Shown here one piece after another: positions 13,501-25,500 of a stretch of DNA of 64,000 nucleotides. Source of the stretch: Phoronis australis (lineage: Eukaryota; Animalia; Phoronida); the NCBI GenBank assembly GCA_002633005.1, contig NMRA01000215.1, positions 134,690 through 198,689 of the forward strand. The letters are read 5' to 3'. Position 1 is the stretch's first letter. Every line of letters begins with the position of its first letter. A program made the position numbers and the translations under genes. The notes below the pieces were generated by a model. That model was not told the DNA's origin and made no database searches. It saw nothing but the letters and a program-made list of their open reading frames with translations.

Positions 13501-16500
13501 TGTTCAAATGTTGCTGCAGCGCCTCCTAGAGTACAGGACCATAATCAACGACGAGAACAAAGAAAATCGAATGAGTTGTACAGTCAATTTATTGGTGAGT
13601 TTCTCAAAAACGGAACTGTGTTGACCGGCATTGTGACATTTTTATTTGTCTGTGAAAATGCATGTAATGGGTGTGTGCGATAATGTACAATTTGGTCTTG
13701 GTATTTTCCCATGTAAATCGTACACAGCAGCAACTTCAAAATCAACGGAGTTCTCGTGTTGCCTCTGCAGCTAGAGTTACCAACACATGCTTGATTTGTA
13801 ATGGATGGAAGCTGACAATAAGAGCCACTTTAAATGCAACTCTTTAGTGCAAAAATATATTTGGGTTGACCCAATTTCTGATTCTGGTTAGCAAGACTAG
13901 ACGAGTTGATGGCAATGTAATGCAAATTCTTTCATTCACAGACATTTTGAGACATAATATATGTTTGTGTGACTCATTTGAATATCTCTCTGCACAACAG
14001 TAACAATTTGACATCACAGCAGTCACAAAATTGTTTATAAACATTTCGGAAATATTCCTCTGAATTAAACCCATACATGAATGCAGATGGTGTCCACCAA
14101 CTAACATATCACCATCTAGCGGCAAGGCGTATTTCATCATGTGGCAGCTCCATTGAAAAATGGCTATTGGGCTTGACAAAATTATCAATGTAGGTGTACG
14201 TATCTTGTTGTTTGTGTTCTTGTAGAGACATCTGTTGGCTTTACTTCAATGTTCATGTCTCTTTGGAAGGCTCTGTTTGCGAGTGTTTTACTCTGTTTGT
14301 GCTGAGGCTTATGCGTTTTCACAAACTCATGGAAAAACTGTAGACTTTTATGGCTCACTTTTAGAGCATGTACTTTGTTGCTATACTATAGTTCACTGTA
14401 ATCACCATAGCTCACTGTAACCACCATTTTTTGTATTCCTTCACTGAGTTCAAATTGCTTTTTGCATCGTCAAGAAACTGCTAATGGCAGCATGTGCGTC
14501 TTTTTGAAGTTCAATAGATTAATGTCATCAAGGGGTGACGTTAAATTAGTTATCTATGTATTTTATGCTTTTCGTCTCTGAGAGCTTGCTGCACTCTTAA
14601 GTATGTTACATGTTGTTTTTTTGTACAGTGGACCTTTGGCCTTTATAACAGACTGAAACAAATTGATTGATTGGAAAAATTACCATTTTTGCAATTATTT
14701 TGTGCGAAATAAATATGTGGTGAATAACCGTGATGTGATACACTTTATTCGTCTGCTCCAGAATTACTACCATGCCATAGACAGACAGGAGATGTATATC
14801 CGTTACTTGCACAAGCTGTGCGACCTTCACCTTGACTGGGACAACTACACAGAGGCAGCCTATACACTTATGTTGTATGCACGTCTGCTACGGGTGAGTA
14901 AACATTCACATGGACTGTGCAGTGGAAATTCTGGATGAAGAAGACATCGTGTGAATGCGTCATAGCTTACTTTTCATTGATAAGCCAGTGTTTGAAAAAT
15001 ATTGTTTTCTTTAAGGAGAGGATATTGCGTAGAATAAAACGTGAAACAACTTTCTTCTCACAACTATGCCGTTGGCATGTCTACATTGGGCGAGAAATGG
15101 ACTATTGACATCACATTTTATTGTATGTACTGCTGCTTACTATTTATCAAAAACAGTAACAAATGCCTTTATTCCTAACAGGAACTCTCGAAATTCGATT
15201 AAAATACAACAAAATTTTCAGTCTTCATCTTCTCACTTTTTGGTTCATAGACCGGGATTTTTCATGACACTTCTATTAAAAGTAGATGTCAATATAATAA
15301 CTTTTTCAGTTCTTCGTTTCCATGGATTTTTAATGATTTTTCATTTCATTTGTGGGTTTGTCTCGGGCGTTTGGCTTGGTAAGGCTTACTGTAAAATCAG
15401 TTTATATTTGATCAACATCCCGAAAGCTCTTCAAAATGCTGTCAAAGACCAGTAAACATACGCCATGGTCAATGCGACTGTTTACTGGTCCATGTTCTCC
15501 GTGCGTTGAAACACCCTGCTCTACTATTTCCAGTGGTCAGACGAACCATTGCCACAGATTATGTTGAGTGACAAGTACCCCGAGGCCCGAACACACTGGG
15601 GGCTGAAGGAGAAGTTGTACTACGATATCATCGACTATTTTGACAAGGGCGAGGTATGGAAACAAGTAGTTAGGCGTATGTTGCGGTACAAGCAACATTA
15701 CCATGTAGTTCTTTTACAAGAATTATTTCCACTACTATGTTCCCATGTGGTTGATAGTCCCGGCAAGTTTTGCAGCCTTTATTGACATGCCTTGACAATG
15801 CCCTTGTCATAAAGGTATCCAAAAAGAAAATTTGTTTTGTTGTAATAAATCGTGCTTAGCTTCATGACCTGGATTTTGGCATAATGTCAAATACTGTACT
15901 TGTCCAGGTTAAGCCTTGTGTTCAGCTGAATGTTCATCCCTAATTTTTAAAGTGGCATCTTTTTTATTCCCACCCTCGGTTATGCAACCAAACTTGAGAT
16001 ATTTTATGTGTGATTATTGATTATATCTGATAGTGATCTTAGGTTAAGAGTGACAGGTAGTCATGTTTAGTCACTTCTTCACTTCATCTTGTTTTTTTCA
16101 GATGTGGGAAAAAGCCATCGAACTGTGCAAGGAGTTAGTGAAACAATATGAAGATGAATCGTTCGACTACATTTCACTCAGTAGCCTACTGGTACGTTGT
16201 GGTAATCACCAATATACCGACAACATGTACTCCGAATGAAACTAGCAGAGATGGTTCAAATATGCCACTTTGGCAGATTCAGGGGTCCCCTGGCTTTTGT
16301 AGGCACAGCGAATATTTGTCGTCTGCTTTACTCCACATCTGCTAGTAGGTCATTAGGATCGTTTGCTACTTTTCGTCTTTAGTTTTGAATTTTGTTGGAT
16401 GTTTGCTACTTTTTTAGTTTGGTTTTAATGTTGTTGTTTCAGACACGTATGGCCAGTTACTATGACAGAGTGATGATGCGGGTCAGGCCTGAGCCGGAGT

Positions 16501-19500
16501 ACTTCCGCGTCAGTTACTGTGGCAAAGGATTCCCATCATTCCTACAGGTAATGATGCAATGTTTGTGTCTTTTTCACTTGGAGGTCTCCTTAAAGTGACG
16601 TTGTTAGTAACAATGTTTTGTATTGAACTCAAGGTAGGTTTGAATCCTCGACCTCGTTAGTATTACAGCTAAAGACTGGTGGCAAGTAGCCTAGTAGTTT
16701 TAAATGTACTGTGACTGATTTCAGTTAATTCTACCCAATGGCTGAAAGCCAACTTTGGGAATCGAAGAGTTCTAATAAAATCTCAGGAAAAAACAGATTT
16801 TGCACTTTTATAGGTCTGGTCAATGCCAATAATTTCTGGAAATCTATCCTATCCCACAATTATCCCAAAATGCGTTTCTTAACCCTAAAACCGATAGTGT
16901 CACTTTAAGAGAAACTATTTCTTGTTAGTCTTTGGACCTCCTAAGCCCCAAGTGGAATCCTAGAATTTGGATTATTATCTGTTCGTAATTGTTTCAATGA
17001 ATTTACACATAGTATTTCAATAATGAAATTATCCCTGGGTTTTTAATAGTCCTTGAACATTTTGTAACTATTTTGCTTAAGTAAAATACCAAATTTACGT
17101 CTTTATACTTTTCCATGAAATTTTAGATAACACAACAGACCTGTTTTAATAGAAGTGTTTGGAAGACCACCACCATTTTTTATTCATTATTCATGTGTGC
17201 TGTCATAATTTTGTGATTCACAGAACCAGATGTTTATCTACCGTGGCAAGGCATACGAGAGGCTGTCTGACTTCAACGCTAGGTTACAGAACCAATTTTC
17301 AAATGCACAGGTATGAAGTTTGCAATATAAGTACTTTTGTGTTAGAAGCGGTTGTTTTGAAAAAATGTGAGTGTCTTGTCATTTTTACTTAATGTACAGT
17401 ATTGTTGCACTATATAATGTTTTTATGAACAGGGTCAAGCATTTAATTTCACTAGCATGTTTTTAAGTTCTATGCCAGGTATGTATGCAAATTTGAGCCT
17501 TTAAGGCATCTGTAACCAGAATAATGTGTTTTTAAAAGAAAAATTAGTATTCAAGTGTTTCTTCACTCATGTTAGCTGGTTACTGCTTGCATGTGCATGT
17601 TTTAAACTTATCATTTAATAGTCAATGTGAAATTGACTAAGCGTCAACATTCACCATTTTGTTTTGTATAAGTCAAGTTTCACTCGCACTACAGTTCAGA
17701 AATTTGCTCTTCGGTTTTATTCAAGTGTTCCGCATACAGGGACATGTCCGTAATTCTTGATATAGGTGTGGCTTCAAATGTAGGTGCATAGATCTGAATA
17801 TAGAAACATGCAGTTAGTCGCATTAACTGTTAATTACTTTGTTGTTTCAGTTTCTACGAACCCTATCGCCCCCTGGCGATGATATTAAGAACTCCTCCGG
17901 ACAGTGTATCCTTTGACTACTGGTAACTGGAACAGTGCTTGCAAAGAATTGCTTGGTGAAATTGAACTTTGTAATGGATGCAAACCTTAAATCAATACAA
18001 AAAAAAGAAGTAGAATTGATGTATACTTGAAATTCCTAAGTATAGAATTGCCATGTTGTCTACTCTCTGAGATGTTGTTTCCAGCTTATGAAGATAGAGA
18101 TTGAGGCCAGTTATAGCAATTATTATAGTGCAAAGCCAACAAATTATGACTCGTAAAATTTCTTAACGGCTTTATTTTATTTGTGGTTAGAAAAGATGGA
18201 GTTCACTGTCTGAATTTGAGCTTGTAATCCTGTTTAGAATGTTACAAATTGTAAAAAGTAATTAAGACTGGATTTTGTTATGATGTGTGCCATTGGAAGT
18301 GATGAGCGTCACTTGACCAAGGAGAGACGCACCTTGTATTTCTGTCCATTTTCTGTTCCTTTACTTCGTTTACCAGTCTTGCAGGTAAATGCAGTCACAC
18401 CTGTCTTCCAACCAAATCATAGATTTCATAACAAAAGTGTCAGCGATCAAATTCTCAAGTAAGTAGTTCTCAAACCGATGGTATCTGTAATTCACATTTA
18501 CATTGATTTTCCAAATGAAGAATTTGTAGCATTTTGATTGGCTCATTTTGACATTTGCACACCAAGAGAGGGCATTGCTTTCTTGAATGCAGTGTCAAAA
18601 ACAGTTGCAGTTAACTATGTAACAAACTCGTATCTTGATGAAATTGTTAGGAAGACAGTATGCATTGAAAAGAATCAGTTTTTCGGAAAGCCTTTCATTT
18701 TGAAATATTGTTGCAGATTTTCATCTAGAAGTTAATGTTAAACGTCATTTTTAGCATTTCTAATGCCACTTGTGTTTTTCAGATATTATAAAATGAACGA
18801 GGTTCAAAGGTTTAGATTCTCACGACCTGTCACAGACAACAAAAATGATGTCACCGTAAGTAGATTTTCTACAGTCAGGCAGTTGTAATATTTTGATAGC
18901 CTTTGAGAATATTTTCTTTGTTGAAAAAATAATTTTACTTGGGTTTTTTAAGTAACAATTTCAATTATTTTACTGTTGGTGTATTTTTTTGTCAGCTGTT
19001 TAAATTAGGAAACATCTTGCAAATTTGGAGAACGATTTCCAAAATTTTTTCACTTCTCCATTTTTCAGTAGCTCACAGCTCACCACTTTTAAAAATGCCC
19101 CGAATTTCATCACGTTGTAGGACATCTTTTCATTACAAACCGTGTTTGTGATGATAAAAAAAATCTTATTTATTTTTATTGAGAAATAATTTAAAGGGAC
19201 CATGTTTTAGCGATTCACATATACTTATTGCCACAAGATCACCTAAATCTCTGTTAAAAAAATGCTCTACAACCCTCATCAATCTTCAGTTTAGAGTAAG
19301 CTTGAAAACTTGTAAAGTTTACTTAATATTGGCACTGACTAACACTTCGTAATAGCTAATTGGCGGTTATGCGGACAGATCACTCACTTCAAACGACTGG
19401 ATCCACTTCCTGAAACCACTGGGATTACATTGCAGCTGTTAGTGTCTCAGGAGAGCTTCTAAATCATGCGATAATAGCTTGTGACAGGATTATTTTTGGG

Positions 19501-22500
19501 ACAAATCATCAGGATTTAGCATTCTTTTAAAAGTATAGTTTCACTGTTCCTTCACATTGTGCAGTAGCCATGCAGGGAGATGTTATTGCCATGTGGGAAG
19601 GTATTCTTGTCATATAAGGTGGCGTTCGTGCCATATAAGAAGGTGTTCTTGCCATATGGAGAGGTGTTCTTGCCATATGAGGAGGTGTTCTTGCCATATG
19701 GGGAGGTGTTCTTGCCATATGGGAAGGTGTTCTTGCCATATGGGAAGGTGTTCTTGCCATATGGGAAGGTGTTCTTGCCATATGGGGAGGCATTCTTGTA
19801 ATGCTGGGAGGTGTTCTTTAGACAGTGTGTTGTGTTTGACTTGCAGAACATGTGGTTGGAGCGCACCATCGTCGTCACTAGTTACCCCCTACCAGGCATC
19901 TTACGATGGTTCCCTGTGTCTTCTACAGAGACAGTAAGTTGCTTAACTGTCCACAGATGCTTTCTCTTATCCAGCTGCTTGCGAATTATTGGTGTTTGCA
20001 ACTGTATGTACACACACTCTTTTCCGTATTCCTAATCTGTGTATGCGTTCATTTGTGTGGAGCATAAGACAACATTTCTGATTTAAGCTTTAAGTCGTCT
20101 TTCATGAAACAGACCCTGGTCTCTTGAAATTATGAACTATCCCTTCTTTATGAGAGCGAAAATCACCTCTGATTTGAGTTACAATTACGTTAAGACCAAT
20201 TAGCTAGCTGTAAGAGGTTAAAATTGATAGTTCAGAAGCAGATTTGTAACAGCTTTCATGTAATTTTGCAGTATTGGCTTTCATAGAACTGGATTTCAAT
20301 TGCTCCTAATATTTCTTAAGCATATGTTCACTTGTTGAATTTTAGGGGATTACGGTACTGACACCTACATGAATGTGAAATTCTGGATTCTTAAATTTTA
20401 TCCTTTTTCTTTTGCGCAGTACTTAGTGAGCCCTCTGGAGAACGCCTTGGAAACAATGGAGAGCAAGAACAAACGGCTGGAGGAGTTGATTGAGCAGCAT
20501 AGCAATGATATGAGCATGAGGGTGGATACCCTGAGTATGGAGTTACAGGGTGTGGTGGACGCGGCAGTCAATGGGGGTATAGCACTGTTCAAGGTGGGTA
20601 TACGGGGGTGCATGTGGAGTTAAAAGGTAGTGGTGGACGCAGCTGTCATTGTGGGTATAGCAGTGTTCAAGGTGTGTATGGGGGGGGGAGGTTTGTGAAT
20701 GGAAGGGTGGATATCATGGATGTGATGTTGAACGAGATGGTGGACACAGCTGTCATTGGGGGTATAGCACTGTTCAAGGTGTGATTAAGAGTGGATTCAC
20801 TGACTGTGTCATCATGACGGCCGGCCATAAGCCAAATTCATCGTCAGAATAAACTTCCGTCTTAACCAAGAATGAAGTGGAAGTAACAGGAAAGTTGTCA
20901 AGGCGACTAAGCTAGTCTGTGATTAGAATGTTGCCATCATAATGGTCAGTACTAGTTGTTTTTGATGTTAACAGACTTAGCTGCACGACTGGGAAACTCT
21001 TTTGTACTTGTGTACTGTAGAGAGTATTGATGTAGTTACTAGAAATGTTGAAGGAGAAATTTTGTCTATGTTATTTTTATTAGACTGGTGTACCGTTAGT
21101 AATCGTAGATGTGTTTCAATGTTAAATACTGTTCTCTTGTCCGTAATTGACTGTGTGTGTCACATTTAGGAGATTACGAATTTGGTTTGTGTCAATTTCT
21201 GACATCTTTGCATTCCCTTTGACTGAGCTAGTTCAGTCTGTGATTGGTTTGAGATAACACAGAAGTGCCGAAGACTCACTAACCAACTGTGACACTTCTG
21301 TTATGTTTCATGCATGATTAATTAGGGCCAGAGAAACTATAATTATTAGTATTTCAATGTAATTAGAATACTAGAAACATAAGAATATTAATAAAGGCAA
21401 GGTATAATGTTGGTTTTCAATGTTAGACATCTGTTAATAAGCTGGAAGGGTAATAGTCTGATGTAACATGCCTGCATTTTGAGAACCAGTTTTCTCCACT
21501 ACATAACGGGCATCATCTGGTTCTCAAAGTGCGGGCACGTCATATCAGATTATTGCCGCTTGAAGTGCTGTTCCATGCTGAATAGCATCTGTTTGTTTTG
21601 GTAATCACTGTTTTCTGCATTCATCAGTTGATTTTGTGCTCCGTATTTACAGGTCTTCTATGAAGAGCAATACTTAATTGATAATCCAGATGCCAAGAAT
21701 CAAGCACTGGTGCTCAAGTTGAAAGATGCCACTAAACATCAGGTTAGAAATGTGACCAATCTCTGTTGAGACTTCACAAACCAATTTTTATTGTGCATCA
21801 TTGATTCTGGGAGTAGCACCAGTTGTAGTATGACAGGTAGAAAATTTTTTGGCATTTTTTTTGAAAATTTCCCACTTGTGTGTATGTTACTGGAGCATGA
21901 CAGATAAAGGTACACTGTGCTAGAGAGGGATTGACAGGGGTCCCAGGGGATATACCGTGTTTTGGGTTGCTGCGAACGTTTGTTCTTTAGGAAAAGGTTG
22001 ACGATCGGCGAGTGACAGCAGCATTTCACATAATGTAACACATTTTGTATCTGTGATGGGATGGGTGTTTATTGCTAAAAAAATACTGCGATAAAATCTC
22101 ATCGAAAGTTATTGTCAAATTTGATACTTAGCTCTTTTTTCAAAGTGTTCTTTTGTGTTATGGTGGATATTTTACAAAACCTGAGCATTGAAAAGCATTA
22201 ATTGTCTGCTATATATCTTATATGAAAAAGTAGGAAATAAAAATTCAGGTGTCGGCCATATTGTGTCCTAAACTGGTGAGATTATACCTTGTACTGTTGT
22301 TTTAAATAAGTTTATAAATATTTGTAGCGCTTCATTTAAAGTTGGGGCGAAAACCTGGAAAATCCTAGCAAACCATAATTTACACTTGTCTAAATCATTT
22401 GAAAATTAGGAAAAAGTTTTGCTCTAAATTTGCTGATTTCAGTTGTTGGAGGTTTTGTCAACTTTTTAAAAAACTACTGTGGAGTACAAATTAATATGTC

Positions 22501-25500
22501 TTACTTGTACATTATTTTTAAGGTTTCTTTTTTCAACCTGTCAGTCAGACGTGTTACTGGCGGGCTGGAAATGTTGTTGCAATTACTGTTGGAGCTGAGA
22601 TTTTCAACAAACTAGTGTGTGCTAGTATCGTGAGAGTTTAGTGAGATTTTGCAAGGTCATGCTAGTGAAAGATAAGATCTTGCAAATGTTTCACAAGTAA
22701 GCCCATAGCCCTAGACTAGTAAAATAGCCGGCATTGAAAGTGATTGGACGGCAATGCTGGAATGTTGAGTTACGGGAGAAAACACCATTCATGTAAAAGC
22801 ACCATTTAAAGTGCACATTCAAATAAAAATTTACGTCTTTTGAGTGACTAGCATTGTGGAAGGTGCCTTGGTAAGATATATCACTTATTGACTAAATGCT
22901 CCATGTCGTCTGCACTGTGACCTGTTTGTCTGCTTCAGCTGGCTATCTTAACACATGGACTAGGGATCCATGGTCAGAAAGCACCAGACACTCTGCAGCC
23001 ATTCCACATGCATATGGAGGAGAGGTTTGAGCAGATGAGAAAGAACATTGAAGAAGAGTACAACATCAAGGTCAGTGGCTGACATGATGCAGTAGACGTC
23101 ATATTGACCTTGTTACGATAGTGCACAAAGTCATCTGCTCACGCTTTTGGGTCACATTACGGATGTGTGAACATTTTGTGACATCCGCGTAATATGGCCG
23201 ATTGCGTGTGAAAACTCTCAATTAACTTTTATAGCTTGGGAGAATGCAAAGTGAAAGGAATGAAGTGGTATGTGTTACTTATGAGTTTAAAGATAAAATT
23301 TGCCATCAATCTGTGCTGTGGGATGGTTACGCTTACTTTTTGGAAATCCTTAAGAAGGTTAATGTCAGGCTTACAAATTTTGTCATCGTCAGTAAGTTTG
23401 CACTTGATGTTGTACCACAAGATCGCTACATGTGGAATAGGACGGACAGTGTGCTCACACAATACATAAATTTGCGTACATGGTGTAAAGTGAAAAGAAA
23501 GAGATTGTATAAATTTTTTTGGAATCAGTTGTAAGTATGGTTATGTGGTGATATTTCAGTACTTACAGAGGATTTGATGTCATTCTTTGAGATCCCGAGA
23601 CACCCAGTTATGATGACCATTGGTCAATGTAATTTATAAAAGGCAGGTTTTTGTTGATTGATCACTTGTTCTGCATTCCCACTGCAGTGACTTACCCTGC
23701 TATGTTCTGTGTATTGAACTGAGTGCCCTTGATCAGACATTGCATTTTTACAAAATAATCGTCGTGTGGTTCCGTTTCCTAGGTACCACCCAATACACCC
23801 ACGAGGGTCACCACTGCTCGAGTGAAGCGAGTGCAGACGATGCCCTCTCAGCCAAGGGCACAGACTCTAATGGCACCTTCAGAGTACGTAAAGAGAAATT
23901 TGCTATAGTTGTCATATCCAGGGGTGAATGTTGTAGCCTCTAGTTCTAGTTATCATGCTGGGTCATGGTACATACATGGCTTTTGAGGGGAGGTCAATGT
24001 TTGTTCTTTGGAAATTGTTGTCATTCTCCAAGTCAAAGCTTCCTATGTGTCTAATCATGGATTGCATGACTTTGAAAGACCTGTCCCTCAGGAAGTTGAC
24101 AATACCTCTCTAGCAGTGGCCTGTAACAATCATCAACTTACTGTCATGTAGTTTGTGCACCATTTAACATGATCCCCTTGAAACTTTGTTCCCGAATTGT
24201 GCTTTTAGTTTGTGATAGCTCCCCCTAAAATATGCTGTCCAGCTTTGAAGTGTCACATTTCACATGTACTGTCATGAATTGGAAGTGTCATATTTCACAT
24301 TTACTGTCATGAATTGAAAGTGTCATATTTCACATTTACTTTCATGCATATGAAGTGTCACATTCACCAAATAACGTTAATTTTCAAGTGATTAGACAAG
24401 ATTAATTATCACAGCCTTGATGATCTGTTCTAACAGATGTCTCTTGTTGTAATGGCAAATCACAATTACAGTGTTCGTGTCAGGCTCATGACCAAGTTGA
24501 GGGGAGATAACTACTTTATACACAGAGTTTAGCGCTATGACATGAGTAGGATAACACGTGCCGTTGTTGAATACTAAGTATATGGCTCGTTCTAGTTATT
24601 GTACCATCAATCAACATCTCAAACAGTGAAAGTGTATGATTGCTTAGTCCCCTCTATTACCACAGTTAACATAGAAAGTCCGATTTTTTCTTCCCATTAA
24701 TGTTAAATTAAAACAACACAGGGCACCACCTGTTGGCGAGCCAGCTGAACCCGAGAGGTACGTATGCATCCTTGTAACTGTTGCGGTTAGGGGGGAGGAG
24801 CTAGTTGCTAGGTAACACCATGCCCTTCATCTGTCGCTTGCTCATTTGCTGACTGGGTGCGTCTCTGGGCATCTAATAAAGCATTCAGATATGGAATATT
24901 AGGACGCCTGATGAAAAGCAGATCAGATGTTTTAAATGACCGTTCATGACGGCGTCCTAGCTGCTGTTTTTTTAGTAATAATCATTAACATTATTCATCA
25001 GATTTTTATATTTTGACCAATGACATGAGGTCACCATGGGCAAACACAGCTGTCATGAGAGTGTAGACCTATTCTGTATGAAGGCAGATCTACCATCAAA
25101 TGAATATTCAAAATGTGGATCAGACATCCAGTTTGCCTTCTGATCAGACAGCATGTGACCGTTGTTTTGCTGTCTCCCGCCTTTCATTTTCTGTTTGAAT
25201 AATGTTGCCAGGAGTTGCGTAAGTAAAAAGGTGAATTGGTAACGAGAGTTTCACCTGAGAAATTTCACTCTCTCTTTTGTTATGAAAATGGGATGAATGC
25301 GTTAAATCCGTGGCTTCTTATTTATACCGCTCTCTTATTATCATGAAATCTCACCTTGACTTGTTAATTGTGGTTGGTGTTTTTCTGTCTGTCTCAATTT
25401 GGGTGTGTACAGGTGTGCGGGTCAGTGAAAGGTGAATTTTAAGGAAGAATTTCACCCAGTGTTGTATGACAGTGTCCTGCGCTCATGGCTTGCAGCTTAA

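Noticed and set aside
19527-19937. Periodic ORFs (MARTPSH, GRCSCHM, YGKVFLP repeats)
   Set aside because: They are translations of a 21-bp intronic minisatellite; only 19847-19933 is a real exon.
25413-25431. 19-nt AG...GT-bounded segment in DOCK intron
   Set aside because: Not a multiple of 3, contains a TGA in frame, and has no supporting homology.
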